From assembly GCA_051746665.1 (NCBI GenBank), contig JBNJFG010000003.1, forward strand, positions 474 through 64,473: DNA of 64,000 bases. Reading direction: 5' to 3'. Shown here piece after piece: positions 20,101 to 27,985 of the stretch. The translations under genes were made by a program, and so were the position numbers. Below the pieces are notes generated by a model. The model was given only the letters and a program-made list of their open reading frames with translations. It ran no database searches and was not told the origin of the DNA. The stretch comes from Bacillota bacterium. GTDB taxonomy: Bacteria; Bacillota; Halanaerobiia; Halanaerobiales; Halanaerobiaceae. Each line of letters starts with the position of its first letter. Position 1 is the stretch's first letter.

Positions 20101-20450
20101 ATATGCTTTATTATAATGATCAACCAGCACATATGATTTTTTATCAGGGGCTGGCATTAGAAGAATTGGGAAGAAAAGAAGAAGCGCTTTCTAAGTTTAA
20201 TAGTCTTTATGATTATGGAGAAAAACATTTTTTTGATGAGGTAGAAATTGATTATTTTGCAGTTTCCTTACCTGACTTTTTAGTATTTGATGCAGATTTG
20301 GACGAAAAAAATAAAATTCACTGCAAATATCTAATGGGATTATCATTAATTGCTAAAGGAGAAAATGAAGAAGCAAAACTGTTATTTAATTATATTAAAG
20401 AACGAGCTCCTTATCATCAGGGAATAAAAAGAAAATATTTAATGAGCTAA
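17103..20450 (+). CDS. DUF5107 + TPR repeat protein (E. coli YphG-like)
   Basis: PMFLDKRVYQGSSGKVYP...LPELGGRI...IKPALVGLAGPWIAGGIEFNWPQHHRP; about 650 aa of C-terminal TPR repeats; start could be TTG 17112. Confidence 0.85.
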   Translation: MIKLSEKISVKVWEEMVEIETYPVGNADKNPMFLDKRVYQGSSGKVYPLPVIEKIYDNKIMKEYKMIYLENEYLKIEILPELGGRIQRAYDKTNGYDFVYYNPVIKPALVGLAGPWIAGGIEFNWPQHHRPSTYSPVEYSYETHDDGSAVVWVSEIDRMYGTKGMAGFKLYPDKAYLEIIGQLYNKTELPQTFLWWANPAVAVNEYYKSIFPPDVNAVFDHGKRDVSKFPIATGEYYKVDYSAGVDISKYKNIPVPTSYMAYHSDYNFVGGYDYSKEAGILHVANHHISPGKKQWTWGTGDFGQRWYQNLTDYGTGEYIELMTGVYTDNQPDFTWIQPQEEKTFKQYFMPYKGLGEVKNASKDYLLNLEIDKKEAEISIYSTSKKSNLKIILSENKNILFSEKINLDPKFSYNKKVEINKLTQKSNYTLKLLDSDNNELISYSPAAEKLLKTPDPAEAAKKPEEIQTNEELYLTAVHLEQYRHATYDPDPYYLEGLKRDPYDIRINNAYGRLLLRRGLFVESEKYFERAVERLTDRNPNPYDSEAYYNLGLSLKYQKKYHKSFEAFHKAIWSGNWQDSGYYELAALAYRKKEITDALEYIEKSIIKNYHNTKSRNLKTALLRKLDKLNQAEKFAEETIKIDKLDFAARSELYFIKKRRGERKAVEVAKNDILNILRNDHHNFLELARDYGKAFLYQEAIDILEIYLSNNKTDELNIYPMIYYYLAYYHLEIANINESKIYYDKAAAANSDYCFPNKLTSINVLESAIKINSQDAKAPYYLGNLYYDKKQYDKAIKLWEKSRDIDNSTAVIHRNLALAYYNKLAKKEKSKKSLEKAFKINNDDSRILYELDQLYKKLGYSNQKRKDFLDKYMNLVKERDDLYTEYVTLENNLSNHKKALELLLERHFHPWEGGEGKVTSQYKFANIELAKENIEKGNYNKANEFLEAARSYPENLGEGKLPIAKDNDLDYYKALIYKKNNEIEKAKIYFEKAAVGSDDLSDMLYYNDQPAHMIFYQGLALEELGRKEEALSKFNSLYDYGEKHFFDEVEIDYFAVSLPDFLVFDADLDEKNKIHCKYLMGLSLIAKGENEEAKLLFNYIKERAPYHQGIKRKYLMS

Positions 20451-20457
20451 AAGATAT

Positions 20458-20485
20458 AAACTCCACAGAAATGTGGAGTTTTTTT
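20458..20485 (+). terminator. Intrinsic terminator
   Basis: aaactccaca-gaaa-tgtggagttttttt. Confidence 0.75.
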
Positions 20486-20566
20486 GAAGGATTAAGCTCA
20501 TATTTGTGGAAATATAAAGGTAGAGATTGAAAAAAATCAGATAAACTTTTTGCAGAAAGGAACTAT

Positions 20567-21727
20567 ATGAAAAAACAAACTTTTTTAATTTTATTATCTT
20601 TACTATTAATAATTTCATATCCTATTACTGCCGCAGATAACAATTATCATAAAGGTTTTAATCTTGTTAACTTTTTTAAATCAGGCGCTAATTATTTAAT
20701 AGATTACAAATTAAAAAATATGTCGCTGGAAGAAAAAGTAGGACAATTATTTCAAGTAGGTTTTCAATCTAAAAGTATTGATAGAGAGATTAAAGATTTA
20801 ATAGAAAATTATCATATAGGTGGGGTAATATACTTCACCAGAAATATAGAAAACTTAGAACAGACAGCTTCTTTATCTAAAAATTTGCAAGAATTAGCTT
20901 TAGATAGTGGAGCTGGTATACCACTTTTTATATCAGTTGATCAAGAAGGCGGAAAAGTTAGAAGGATTAAAGATTTAACATATTTTCCTGCAAATATTGA
21001 AATTGGAGCCACAGGAGATAAAGAACTAAGCAGAAAAGCAGCTGCAGTTACAGCCAAAGAGTTAAAAGGGCTTGGAATTAATGTTAATTTAGCACCTGTA
21101 CTTGATGTAAATAACAATCCAGCTAATCCTGTTATTGGTGAGAGATCTTTTGGAGCAGATCCTATCTTAGTTGCAGAAATGGGAGTGGCCTATATAAAAG
21201 GTCTACAGGCTGAAGGTATTATTGCAACTGCAAAACATTTTCCCGGTCATGGAGATACTGCAGTAGATTCTCATTTTGATCTACCGGTTATTAATCATTC
21301 TAGAGAAAGACTTGATCAGGTTGAATTATATCCTTTTAAAAAAGCTATAGAAGCTGGTGTTGATAGTATTATGGTTGCCCATATATATTTTTCAACTATT
21401 GAGTCGGAAGCTGGGATTCCTGCTACTTTATCAAAAGCAGTTTTAAATGATTTATTGCGAGAAGAGCTAAATTTTGAGGGTGTAATTATTACTGATGATC
21501 TGGAAATGGGAGCAATTACAAATTTTTTTGGCACAGCTGCAGGAGCAGTTAAAACCATTGAAGCTGGAGCTGATATAGTTTTAATTTCACACAGTTATGA
21601 TAAACAGAAGCAAGCAATAGAAGCAGTGATAGCAGCTGTTGAAAATGGAAGAATCAGTGAAAAAAGAATTGAAGAATCGCTTCGAAGAATTATTAAACTT
21701 AAAGGAAAAAGAATTAATATATTTTAA
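20567..21727 (+). CDS. nagZ: GH3 beta-N-acetylhexosaminidase, exported
   Basis: DQEGG, KHFPGHGDTAVDSH catalytic loop, ITDDLEM; signal peptide. Confidence 0.88.
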   Translation: MKKQTFLILLSLLLIISYPITAADNNYHKGFNLVNFFKSGANYLIDYKLKNMSLEEKVGQLFQVGFQSKSIDREIKDLIENYHIGGVIYFTRNIENLEQTASLSKNLQELALDSGAGIPLFISVDQEGGKVRRIKDLTYFPANIEIGATGDKELSRKAAAVTAKELKGLGINVNLAPVLDVNNNPANPVIGERSFGADPILVAEMGVAYIKGLQAEGIIATAKHFPGHGDTAVDSHFDLPVINHSRERLDQVELYPFKKAIEAGVDSIMVAHIYFSTIESEAGIPATLSKAVLNDLLREELNFEGVIITDDLEMGAITNFFGTAAGAVKTIEAGADIVLISHSYDKQKQAIEAVIAAVENGRISEKRIEESLRRIIKLKGKRINIF

Positions 21728-21775
21728 TTAAATTACATTTAGGATAATTGTCCGGTCCTAATTCATATTGAATTT

Positions 21776-21808
21776 AAACTTCACTGATTTGTGGAGTTTT
21801 TTCTTTTT
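21776..21808 (+). terminator. Intrinsic terminator
   Basis: aaacttcac-tgattt-gtggagtttttt. Confidence 0.6.
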
Positions 21809-21882
21809 AAGAAGGATAAAAATTATATTTAGAGAATTATATATATAGCATAATATAAATATAGTTAGGAAAGGAGTATAAG

Positions 21883-23478
21883 ATGCCAGTAGATAATTCT
21901 GATTTCCAAAGTCTTTTGACAAATATTGATCGAAAATATACTCCTCTGAGAGAAGTAATTAAAGAATCATGGAATCGGAGCAGCAACTATGGTTTAAAAA
22001 CTGATAGTTTTGAAAATAAAGTATTGTTGAATAGAAAAGAACTTGAAAAAAGAATAAATAAAAATCGAGATATAAAAGATAAGTTTGATTTAATAGCTTC
22101 TGAATTTAGAGAAAATTTAAGTGAAATTTCTGCAGTTTTTTTCATAACTGATAAAGAAGGTTATGTGCTTTCTGCAAAAAATCATTTAAATGAATTTATA
22201 AATTTAAAAAATGGTGAAAATTTTAGTGAGTTTTATTTAGGAACAAATGCAGCTGGCTTAGCTCTTTATTCTAAAAAACCAGCTACAGTTAAGACAAGAG
22301 AGCATTATTTTAAATACCTTACAGCATATAATTCTACAGCTTATCCTATTTTAGATAAATATGATAATTTAAAGGGGAGCATTGCTGCTTTTTATACTGG
22401 TGAATTTGATAATAACTTATTGGAAATGATAGTTAAATTATTTGCTTTCGCTTTTACAGATAAAATACCGGCAGAAAAAATATTAAAAAACAAAAATGAT
22501 AAATCAGCTCCCAATACTGGCTCAAAAGCAAGATATTCCTTTACAGATATTATCACCAATTCTTCAAATATGGAAAAAGCAATTGAAGTTTCACAGATTG
22601 CAGCCAGAAATGATTCAACAGTTATGTTAGTTGGAGAAAGTGGTACTGGAAAAGAAATGTTTGCTCAGGCAATCCATAATTATAATCATCGTAAAAACAG
22701 CCCTTTTGTAGCAGTAAATGTTGGTGCTGTTCCAAAAGATCTGGTAGAAAGCGAATTTTTTGGTTATGAAGAAGGGGCATTTACTGGAGCAAGAAGAGGA
22801 GGCCGTCCTGGTAAATTTGAACTAGCAAATGGAGGTACGATTTTTTTAGATGAAATAGAGGAAATGACACTTTCAGCTCAGCAAAACTTATTAAGGGTTA
22901 TTCAGGAAAGAGAAGTTACAAGAATTGGTGGGACACATGCACTGCCAATAGATGTAAGAATAATTACTGCAACAAAATCAAGACTAATTGATAAAGTTAA
23001 AAAGGGAGAATTTAGAGAAGATTTATATTATAGACTTAATGTCATTAGAATTCCAATTCCTAAATTAAAAGATAGAGAAGATGACATTATGATTCTGGTA
23101 AATAATTTTATAAAAATTCACTGTCAAAAATTTGGAATACCAGATAAAAAAGTAGCAGAAGAAAGCAAAAAATTTTTTTTAGAATATAATTGGCCCGGAA
23201 ATGTAAGAGAATTAGAAAATATGATAGAAGGGATTATTACATTTGCTTTAGATGATGAAGTAATAAAACCAGAACATCTTCCAAAAGAATTAAAAAAACC
23301 ACAAAACACTGAGAAAACAAAAGTAAAAACAATGAGTCTTGAAGCTGCAGAAAGAGATGCTGTATTGAATGCTCTAAAGAAAAGTAATAATAACATTTCA
23401 AAGGCAGCATCAATCTTAAATATCAGTCGCGCTACTTTATATAATAAACTAAACAAGTATAATATCGAAAGGGAGTGA
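21883..23478 (+). CDS. Sigma54-dependent activator (GAF-AAA+-Fis HTH, AcoR-like)
   Basis: SWNRS...GTNAAGLAL GAF; GESGTGKE, GAFTGA, FLDEI, FREDLYYRLNV, WPGNVREL; C-terminal HTH ISRATLYNKL. Confidence 0.92.
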   Translation: MPVDNSDFQSLLTNIDRKYTPLREVIKESWNRSSNYGLKTDSFENKVLLNRKELEKRINKNRDIKDKFDLIASEFRENLSEISAVFFITDKEGYVLSAKNHLNEFINLKNGENFSEFYLGTNAAGLALYSKKPATVKTREHYFKYLTAYNSTAYPILDKYDNLKGSIAAFYTGEFDNNLLEMIVKLFAFAFTDKIPAEKILKNKNDKSAPNTGSKARYSFTDIITNSSNMEKAIEVSQIAARNDSTVMLVGESGTGKEMFAQAIHNYNHRKNSPFVAVNVGAVPKDLVESEFFGYEEGAFTGARRGGRPGKFELANGGTIFLDEIEEMTLSAQQNLLRVIQEREVTRIGGTHALPIDVRIITATKSRLIDKVKKGEFREDLYYRLNVIRIPIPKLKDREDDIMILVNNFIKIHCQKFGIPDKKVAEESKKFFLEYNWPGNVRELENMIEGIITFALDDEVIKPEHLPKELKKPQNTEKTKVKTMSLEAAERDAVLNALKKSNNNISKAASILNISRATLYNKLNKYNIERE

Positions 23479-24761
23479 AAAACTTGGATGCAGTTGCAGT
23501 AATTGATATCAAAGAATCAATTGTAGTAAGAGCAGTTGCTGGCAAAAGAAATGAATATAAAGAGGTTGAAAGTAGAATCTTGGCTAAAACCGAGAAGAGC
23601 CCGTTAGAAGTTGCTTCTGCTTTTTATAAGAAATTGGGAATTAGAAAAATTTATATAGCTGATTTAGATGCAATTTTAGGTAAAGGAAATAATTTAGAAG
23701 ATATCAAAGAAATTAAAAAACAATATCCTGACTTAGAAATAATTCTTGATGCTGCTTTTGCTGAAAATAATTCTCCAATTCCTTATTTAAAAGAATTTTT
23801 AGATTATGCAGTTATAGCTACAGAAACAATTGAAAGTTTATCTTTTTTAAAAGATCTAGCCGAATTTAATTCTCGAATTATAATTAGTGTAGACTTAAAA
23901 TCAGGAAATTTAATTCATAATATTCAAGAGTGGCAGGACAAAAATTTAGAAGAAGTTATAAATGAAATGACTGATTTTGGTATAGAAAATTTCATTATAC
24001 TTGATTTAGCTAATGTTGGTACTGCTGCAGGTATTTCAAAATATATCAAAGAACTTAAATTGAAATTTCCTGAGCTTAATTTTATAACTGGTGGAGGAGT
24101 TAAAGACTACAGAGATATTAAAGAATTAAAAAGAATGGATTTTTCAGGAGTTTTAATTGCTTCAGCTTTTCATAATGGATCATTGGGTAAAAAAGAAGTA
24201 GCTTTAATTGAAAATGATGAAGTACTATATCAAGCTGCTTGGTGTATAACTGGAGCTGGCCATCTGCTTAAGGAGAGTATTGATCAGCTAGAAAAAAGTT
24301 TAGCAGAACATCAAAAATTAAAAATTGATATTTATTTAAGTGAAGCAGCTTATGAGGTTTTAAAGATTTATAAATTTTATCATCGTTTAGAAGATTTAAA
24401 CTGTGAAATTCACAGAGATAATTCTGCAAGCGCGCCAATTATGGGAAGAATATATAAGGGTTATTATGATTTATTAATATCTGCACCAACAACTTCAAAT
24501 ACTGCTGCTAAATTTGTACTGGGGATTTCTGATACTTTAGTTAGTAATATGCTGGCCCATGCTGGCAAATCAAAGCTGCCTGTGGTAATTTTACCAACAG
24601 ATATAGATCAAAATCTTGTTTCGGCTGCTCCTGATAAAGAAGTTGATGTTTTTCCACGAGAAATTGATCTAAAAAATACAGAAAAATTATCACAAATAAC
24701 TGGTACCCGAGTAATTTCGAAACCAGAAGAGGTGGAATCATGCTTAAACGAATATTTATAA
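23475..24761 (+). CDS. Fusion of HisA/HisF-related TIM barrel (Orf17-like) and AfpA/DmrB-type flavoprotein (dihydromethanopterin reductase-like)
   Basis: N-terminal VIDIK..VVRAVAG.R..Y, IYIADLDAI, LDLANVGT, GGGV; C-terminal AWCITGAGHLLKES, APTTSNTAAKFVLGISDTLVSN, PREIDL. Confidence 0.75.
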   Translation: MKNLDAVAVIDIKESIVVRAVAGKRNEYKEVESRILAKTEKSPLEVASAFYKKLGIRKIYIADLDAILGKGNNLEDIKEIKKQYPDLEIILDAAFAENNSPIPYLKEFLDYAVIATETIESLSFLKDLAEFNSRIIISVDLKSGNLIHNIQEWQDKNLEEVINEMTDFGIENFIILDLANVGTAAGISKYIKELKLKFPELNFITGGGVKDYRDIKELKRMDFSGVLIASAFHNGSLGKKEVALIENDEVLYQAAWCITGAGHLLKESIDQLEKSLAEHQKLKIDIYLSEAAYEVLKIYKFYHRLEDLNCEIHRDNSASAPIMGRIYKGYYDLLISAPTTSNTAAKFVLGISDTLVSNMLAHAGKSKLPVVILPTDIDQNLVSAAPDKEVDVFPREIDLKNTEKLSQITGTRVISKPEEVESCLNEYL

Positions 24762-26137
24762 CAGGAAAGCTTGCATATCCATCTTTAAAAAAATCATTAT
24801 CCAGATTAAATTTAGATTTTGACTATCAAATTTTAAAAATGCCAATTACAGTTGCTGCTTTAATGGACAGTGATTTTATTATTAGAAATTTAAAAAAAGC
24901 TGAAATAATGAATTTAAATAGTGAGCAAGATTTAGAAATAATTTTACCTGGCCGTTCTCGGGCTGAAATAAAAAAAATAAAAACAAAAATTAAAAATAAT
25001 AAGATTAAATTTATCAGGGGACCTGAAGAAATCATTGATTTGCCAGAATTTTTTGGTAAAAAAGCACCTAAAATAGATTTTAGTCAGAAAAAAAGAGGCC
25101 ATAAAATTATTGCTGAAATTAATGAAGCAGCTTTAATGGATCTAGGTCAGATAATAAAAATTGCGGATTATTATCATCAAAGTGGTGCAGATATAATTGA
25201 TCTTGGATGTGTTAATGGCCGGGAGTTTCCTCATTTAGAAGAGGTTATTTATTCTTTAAAAGAAAAAGATTATAAACTCAGTATTGATACTTTTAATCAA
25301 GATGAAATTATTAGAGCTTCTAAAACAGGCATTGATTATTTATTAAGCATAAATAGTCATAATATTGAAGCTTTAAATTATGATGTCAGTTATTTACCGG
25401 TTATTATTCCAGATCCTGAGCAGGGAAACTTAAAGTCTTTATTTAAAAATATCAAGGAAGTAGAAAAAAAAGGTTTAAAAAATTATATAGTAGATCCGAT
25501 TCTTGATCCTATTAATTTTGGTTTCAGCCAGTCACTTTTTAGGTATTTAAAATTAGCTGAAGCTGAAAATTTAAAGCAGGATATGATGATTGGAGTTGGA
25601 AATTTAATTGAGTTAAGTGATTGTGACAGCACAGGCTTAAATTTTTTAACTGCGGCCCTGGCAGTAGAGTTAAATATCAAATATCTTTTAACAACAGAAG
25701 CTTCTTTTAAAACTCGTGGTGCTGTTAAAGAATTAGATCTGGCTCTTAAAATTATTTCTCATGCAGCTCAGGAAAACAGTTTGCCGAATAAATTATCTGA
25801 TCTGCTGCTTAACTTCAAAGATAGAAAAGATAGAAATTACAGCAGAGATGAGGTTAAAGAAATAAAAGATTCAATTACAGACAGCAATTATAGAATTTTA
25901 AATGATGGTGAAGCAATAAATATTTTTAATGCTAAAGAAGCTTATAGGGGTAAAAATATTGGAGAATTATTTTCAAAGTTAAAGAATGCTGAAGAACCAT
26001 CTCATGCTTTTTATCTTGGCAAAGAACTCCAGAAAGCATATACAGCTATAAATTTATCTAAAAATTATCGACAGGAAGATGAACTTAACTGGGGATATTT
26101 AAATTCTAATTTCAAGGAGAAAAATAATGATAACTGA
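24740..26137 (+). CDS. Dihydropteroate-synthase-like methanopterin biosynthesis protein (Orf20/MptH-like)
   Basis: FITGKLA...VAALM...GP N-domain; IIAEI, GADIIDLG, DPILDP, GVGNLIELSDCDSTG; C-terminal HAFYLGKELQKA...YRQDEEL. Confidence 0.8.
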   Translation: MLKRIFITGKLAYPSLKKSLSRLNLDFDYQILKMPITVAALMDSDFIIRNLKKAEIMNLNSEQDLEIILPGRSRAEIKKIKTKIKNNKIKFIRGPEEIIDLPEFFGKKAPKIDFSQKKRGHKIIAEINEAALMDLGQIIKIADYYHQSGADIIDLGCVNGREFPHLEEVIYSLKEKDYKLSIDTFNQDEIIRASKTGIDYLLSINSHNIEALNYDVSYLPVIIPDPEQGNLKSLFKNIKEVEKKGLKNYIVDPILDPINFGFSQSLFRYLKLAEAENLKQDMMIGVGNLIELSDCDSTGLNFLTAALAVELNIKYLLTTEASFKTRGAVKELDLALKIISHAAQENSLPNKLSDLLLNFKDRKDRNYSRDEVKEIKDSITDSNYRILNDGEAINIFNAKEAYRGKNIGELFSKLKNAEEPSHAFYLGKELQKAYTAINLSKNYRQEDELNWGYLNSNFKEKNNDN

Positions 26138-26711
26138 AACAGTGATAACAACAGTTAATAAAAATGGTGAGATTCATTTTTCAGCAGTTGGCGTTGAATT
26201 TTTTAAAAGCAGGGCGATATTTAATCTCTATAAAAAAAGCAGTACTTTTTTAAATTTAAAGATAAAGGATATTGGCATAATTAATATAGTTGATAAAGCC
26301 GAATATTTGATAAAAGCTGCTTTAAGTTCGGAGAAAATAGCCGTTTCCGAAATTATAAAAAATAAATTATATTATTTAAATGACTGCTGCAGTTATTATC
26401 ACTTTAAAGTACTGGAAATTAAAGATTGTGGGAAAAAATATAGAGTTGAGGTAAAAATTTTAGAAAAAAAAGAAAATAGAAAATATATCGGTTTTAATAG
26501 AGCTAATAATTTACTGCTGGAAGCTGCAGTTATTGCATCTAGAATTGGTATTACAAAAGATAAAAAGGATTTAATTGATTTCCTAAGCATTAATAAAAGA
26601 GTAATTATTAAAACAGGAAATAAAGACACAAAAAAAACATTAGATTTTTTAGAAAATAAATTGGAAAACAATAATTTTAATCACAGGAGTGGTTATCTTG
26701 ATAGAAATTAA
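26127..26711 (+). CDS. DUF447 family protein (H4MPT-linked, Orf19-like)
   Basis: ITETVITT, STFLNL, GFNRANNLLLEAAVIASR, VIIKTG. Confidence 0.75.
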   Translation: MITETVITTVNKNGEIHFSAVGVEFFKSRAIFNLYKKSSTFLNLKIKDIGIINIVDKAEYLIKAALSSEKIAVSEIIKNKLYYLNDCCSYYHFKVLEIKDCGKKYRVEVKILEKKENRKYIGFNRANNLLLEAAVIASRIGITKDKKDLIDFLSINKRVIIKTGNKDTKKTLDFLENKLENNNFNHRSGYLDRN

Positions 26712-27681
26712 AACTCCAGCTAGAATACATTTTGGACAGTTAGATCTTAATGGAGCTTTGGGAAGAGTTTATGGAGGAACTGGAGCAGCAATTAAAAATC
26801 CGTATACGTTAATCAAATTGGAGAAAAGTGATAAAATTGAAGTTGAAGGTTTAAAAAAAGAGAAAAATAAAATTATAATCGAAAAATTTTTAGAAAAGCT
26901 GAAGCAGAGAAAATTAATAGCTAAAGATTATGGGGTCAAAATTAAAATCAAAAAACTTCTGCCTGAACATAATGGGCTTGGTTCAGGGACTCAATTTGGA
27001 CTGGCAGTAGCTGAAGGAATAAATAGGCTCTATAATTTAGATTTAGCGCCCAAGGAACTTGCTGAGATAGTAGATCGCAAACACAGCCGTTCGGCAATAG
27101 GCTTTGGCGCTTTTTATCAGGGGGGATTTATAGTTGATGCTGGCAGGCCAGTTTCAGAAAAAAACAATGATGATTATTTACCACCAATAGTTTATCATAA
27201 AACGATACCATCAGATTGGACATTTTTAATAGTCATTCCATTCGCTCAAAAAGAGAAAATGGCCGGTAAAAAGGAAATAAAAACTTTTAATAATATAGAA
27301 AAAATGACAGTTGAAACATGTGCAGAAAATTCTCATCATTTACTTTTGGGGATGCTGCCTGCTATAGAAGAAAAAAGGATAAAAGAATTCAGCAGCCATC
27401 TAAATATTATTGAAGATAATGCTGCAGATTATTTTTCTAAAAGCCAGGGAGGAAAATATAGTTCAATCTATTCAGAAAAAATAATTGATTTTATGGTAAA
27501 AAAAGGTGTGCTAGCTAGAGGTCAGAGTTCCTGGGGTCCTGCACTATATGGATTAGTAGAAAATGATCATAAAGCACTTAAAATCAAAGAAGAATTATTA
27601 GATAAATTCTCAGATAAAATTGAAAAAATTTATTTAACTAAAGCTGCAAATGAAGGTGCTGAAATAAATAATATCGTATAA
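26698..27681 (+). CDS. mptG: Beta-ribofuranosylaminobenzene 5'-phosphate (RFAP) synthase
   Basis: TPARIHFGQLDL, PEHNGLGSGTQ, GGFIVDAG, GQSSWGP; TTG start after aggag. Confidence 0.88.
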   Translation: MIEIKTPARIHFGQLDLNGALGRVYGGTGAAIKNPYTLIKLEKSDKIEVEGLKKEKNKIIIEKFLEKLKQRKLIAKDYGVKIKIKKLLPEHNGLGSGTQFGLAVAEGINRLYNLDLAPKELAEIVDRKHSRSAIGFGAFYQGGFIVDAGRPVSEKNNDDYLPPIVYHKTIPSDWTFLIVIPFAQKEKMAGKKEIKTFNNIEKMTVETCAENSHHLLLGMLPAIEEKRIKEFSSHLNIIEDNAADYFSKSQGGKYSSIYSEKIIDFMVKKGVLARGQSSWGPALYGLVENDHKALKIKEELLDKFSDKIEKIYLTKAANEGAEINNIV

Positions 27682-27709
27682 ATTCTATACAGTGTATTGA
27701 AATTTAACA
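27675..27709. promoter_or_regulatory. Two tandem TGT-N11-ACA-type upstream activator sites
   Basis: cgtataaattctataca (27675-27691) and tgtattgaaatttaaca (27693-27709), 100-140 bp upstream of the sigma54 promoter. Confidence 0.55.
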
Positions 27710-27811
27710 TATTTTATTCAAATTATTTCAATTATAAAAATATTCACAATATATAATTCTTAATATCCTTGTCATGATAGGCTAAAATAATTTTTAAGAA
27801 TAAGCTGTTTT

Positions 27812-27827
27812 TGGTATGGTTTATGCA
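27812..27827 (+). promoter_or_regulatory. Sigma54 (-24/-12) promoter
   Basis: TGGTATGGTTTATGCA = TGG-N10-GC(A), in the only large intergenic gap on the + strand of the cluster. Confidence 0.75.
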
Positions 27828-27985
27828 TTCTATATAGGTGGAGATAAAACATATTTAGCAGTTTATAATATATAAAAAGAGGGGGGAGTGAATTCTTAGA
27901 GTAGTCGATTTTGGGCATTGCAAAGTTTGAATTTAGAGAAAATTTTAATAATTAATTATTTTATAATCTAAAAGGAGGATGTTTT

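Noticed and set aside
20458-21808. Similar hairpins (aaactccac/gtggagttt) flanking nagZ as insertion boundaries
   Set aside because: Adequately explained as two ordinary terminators
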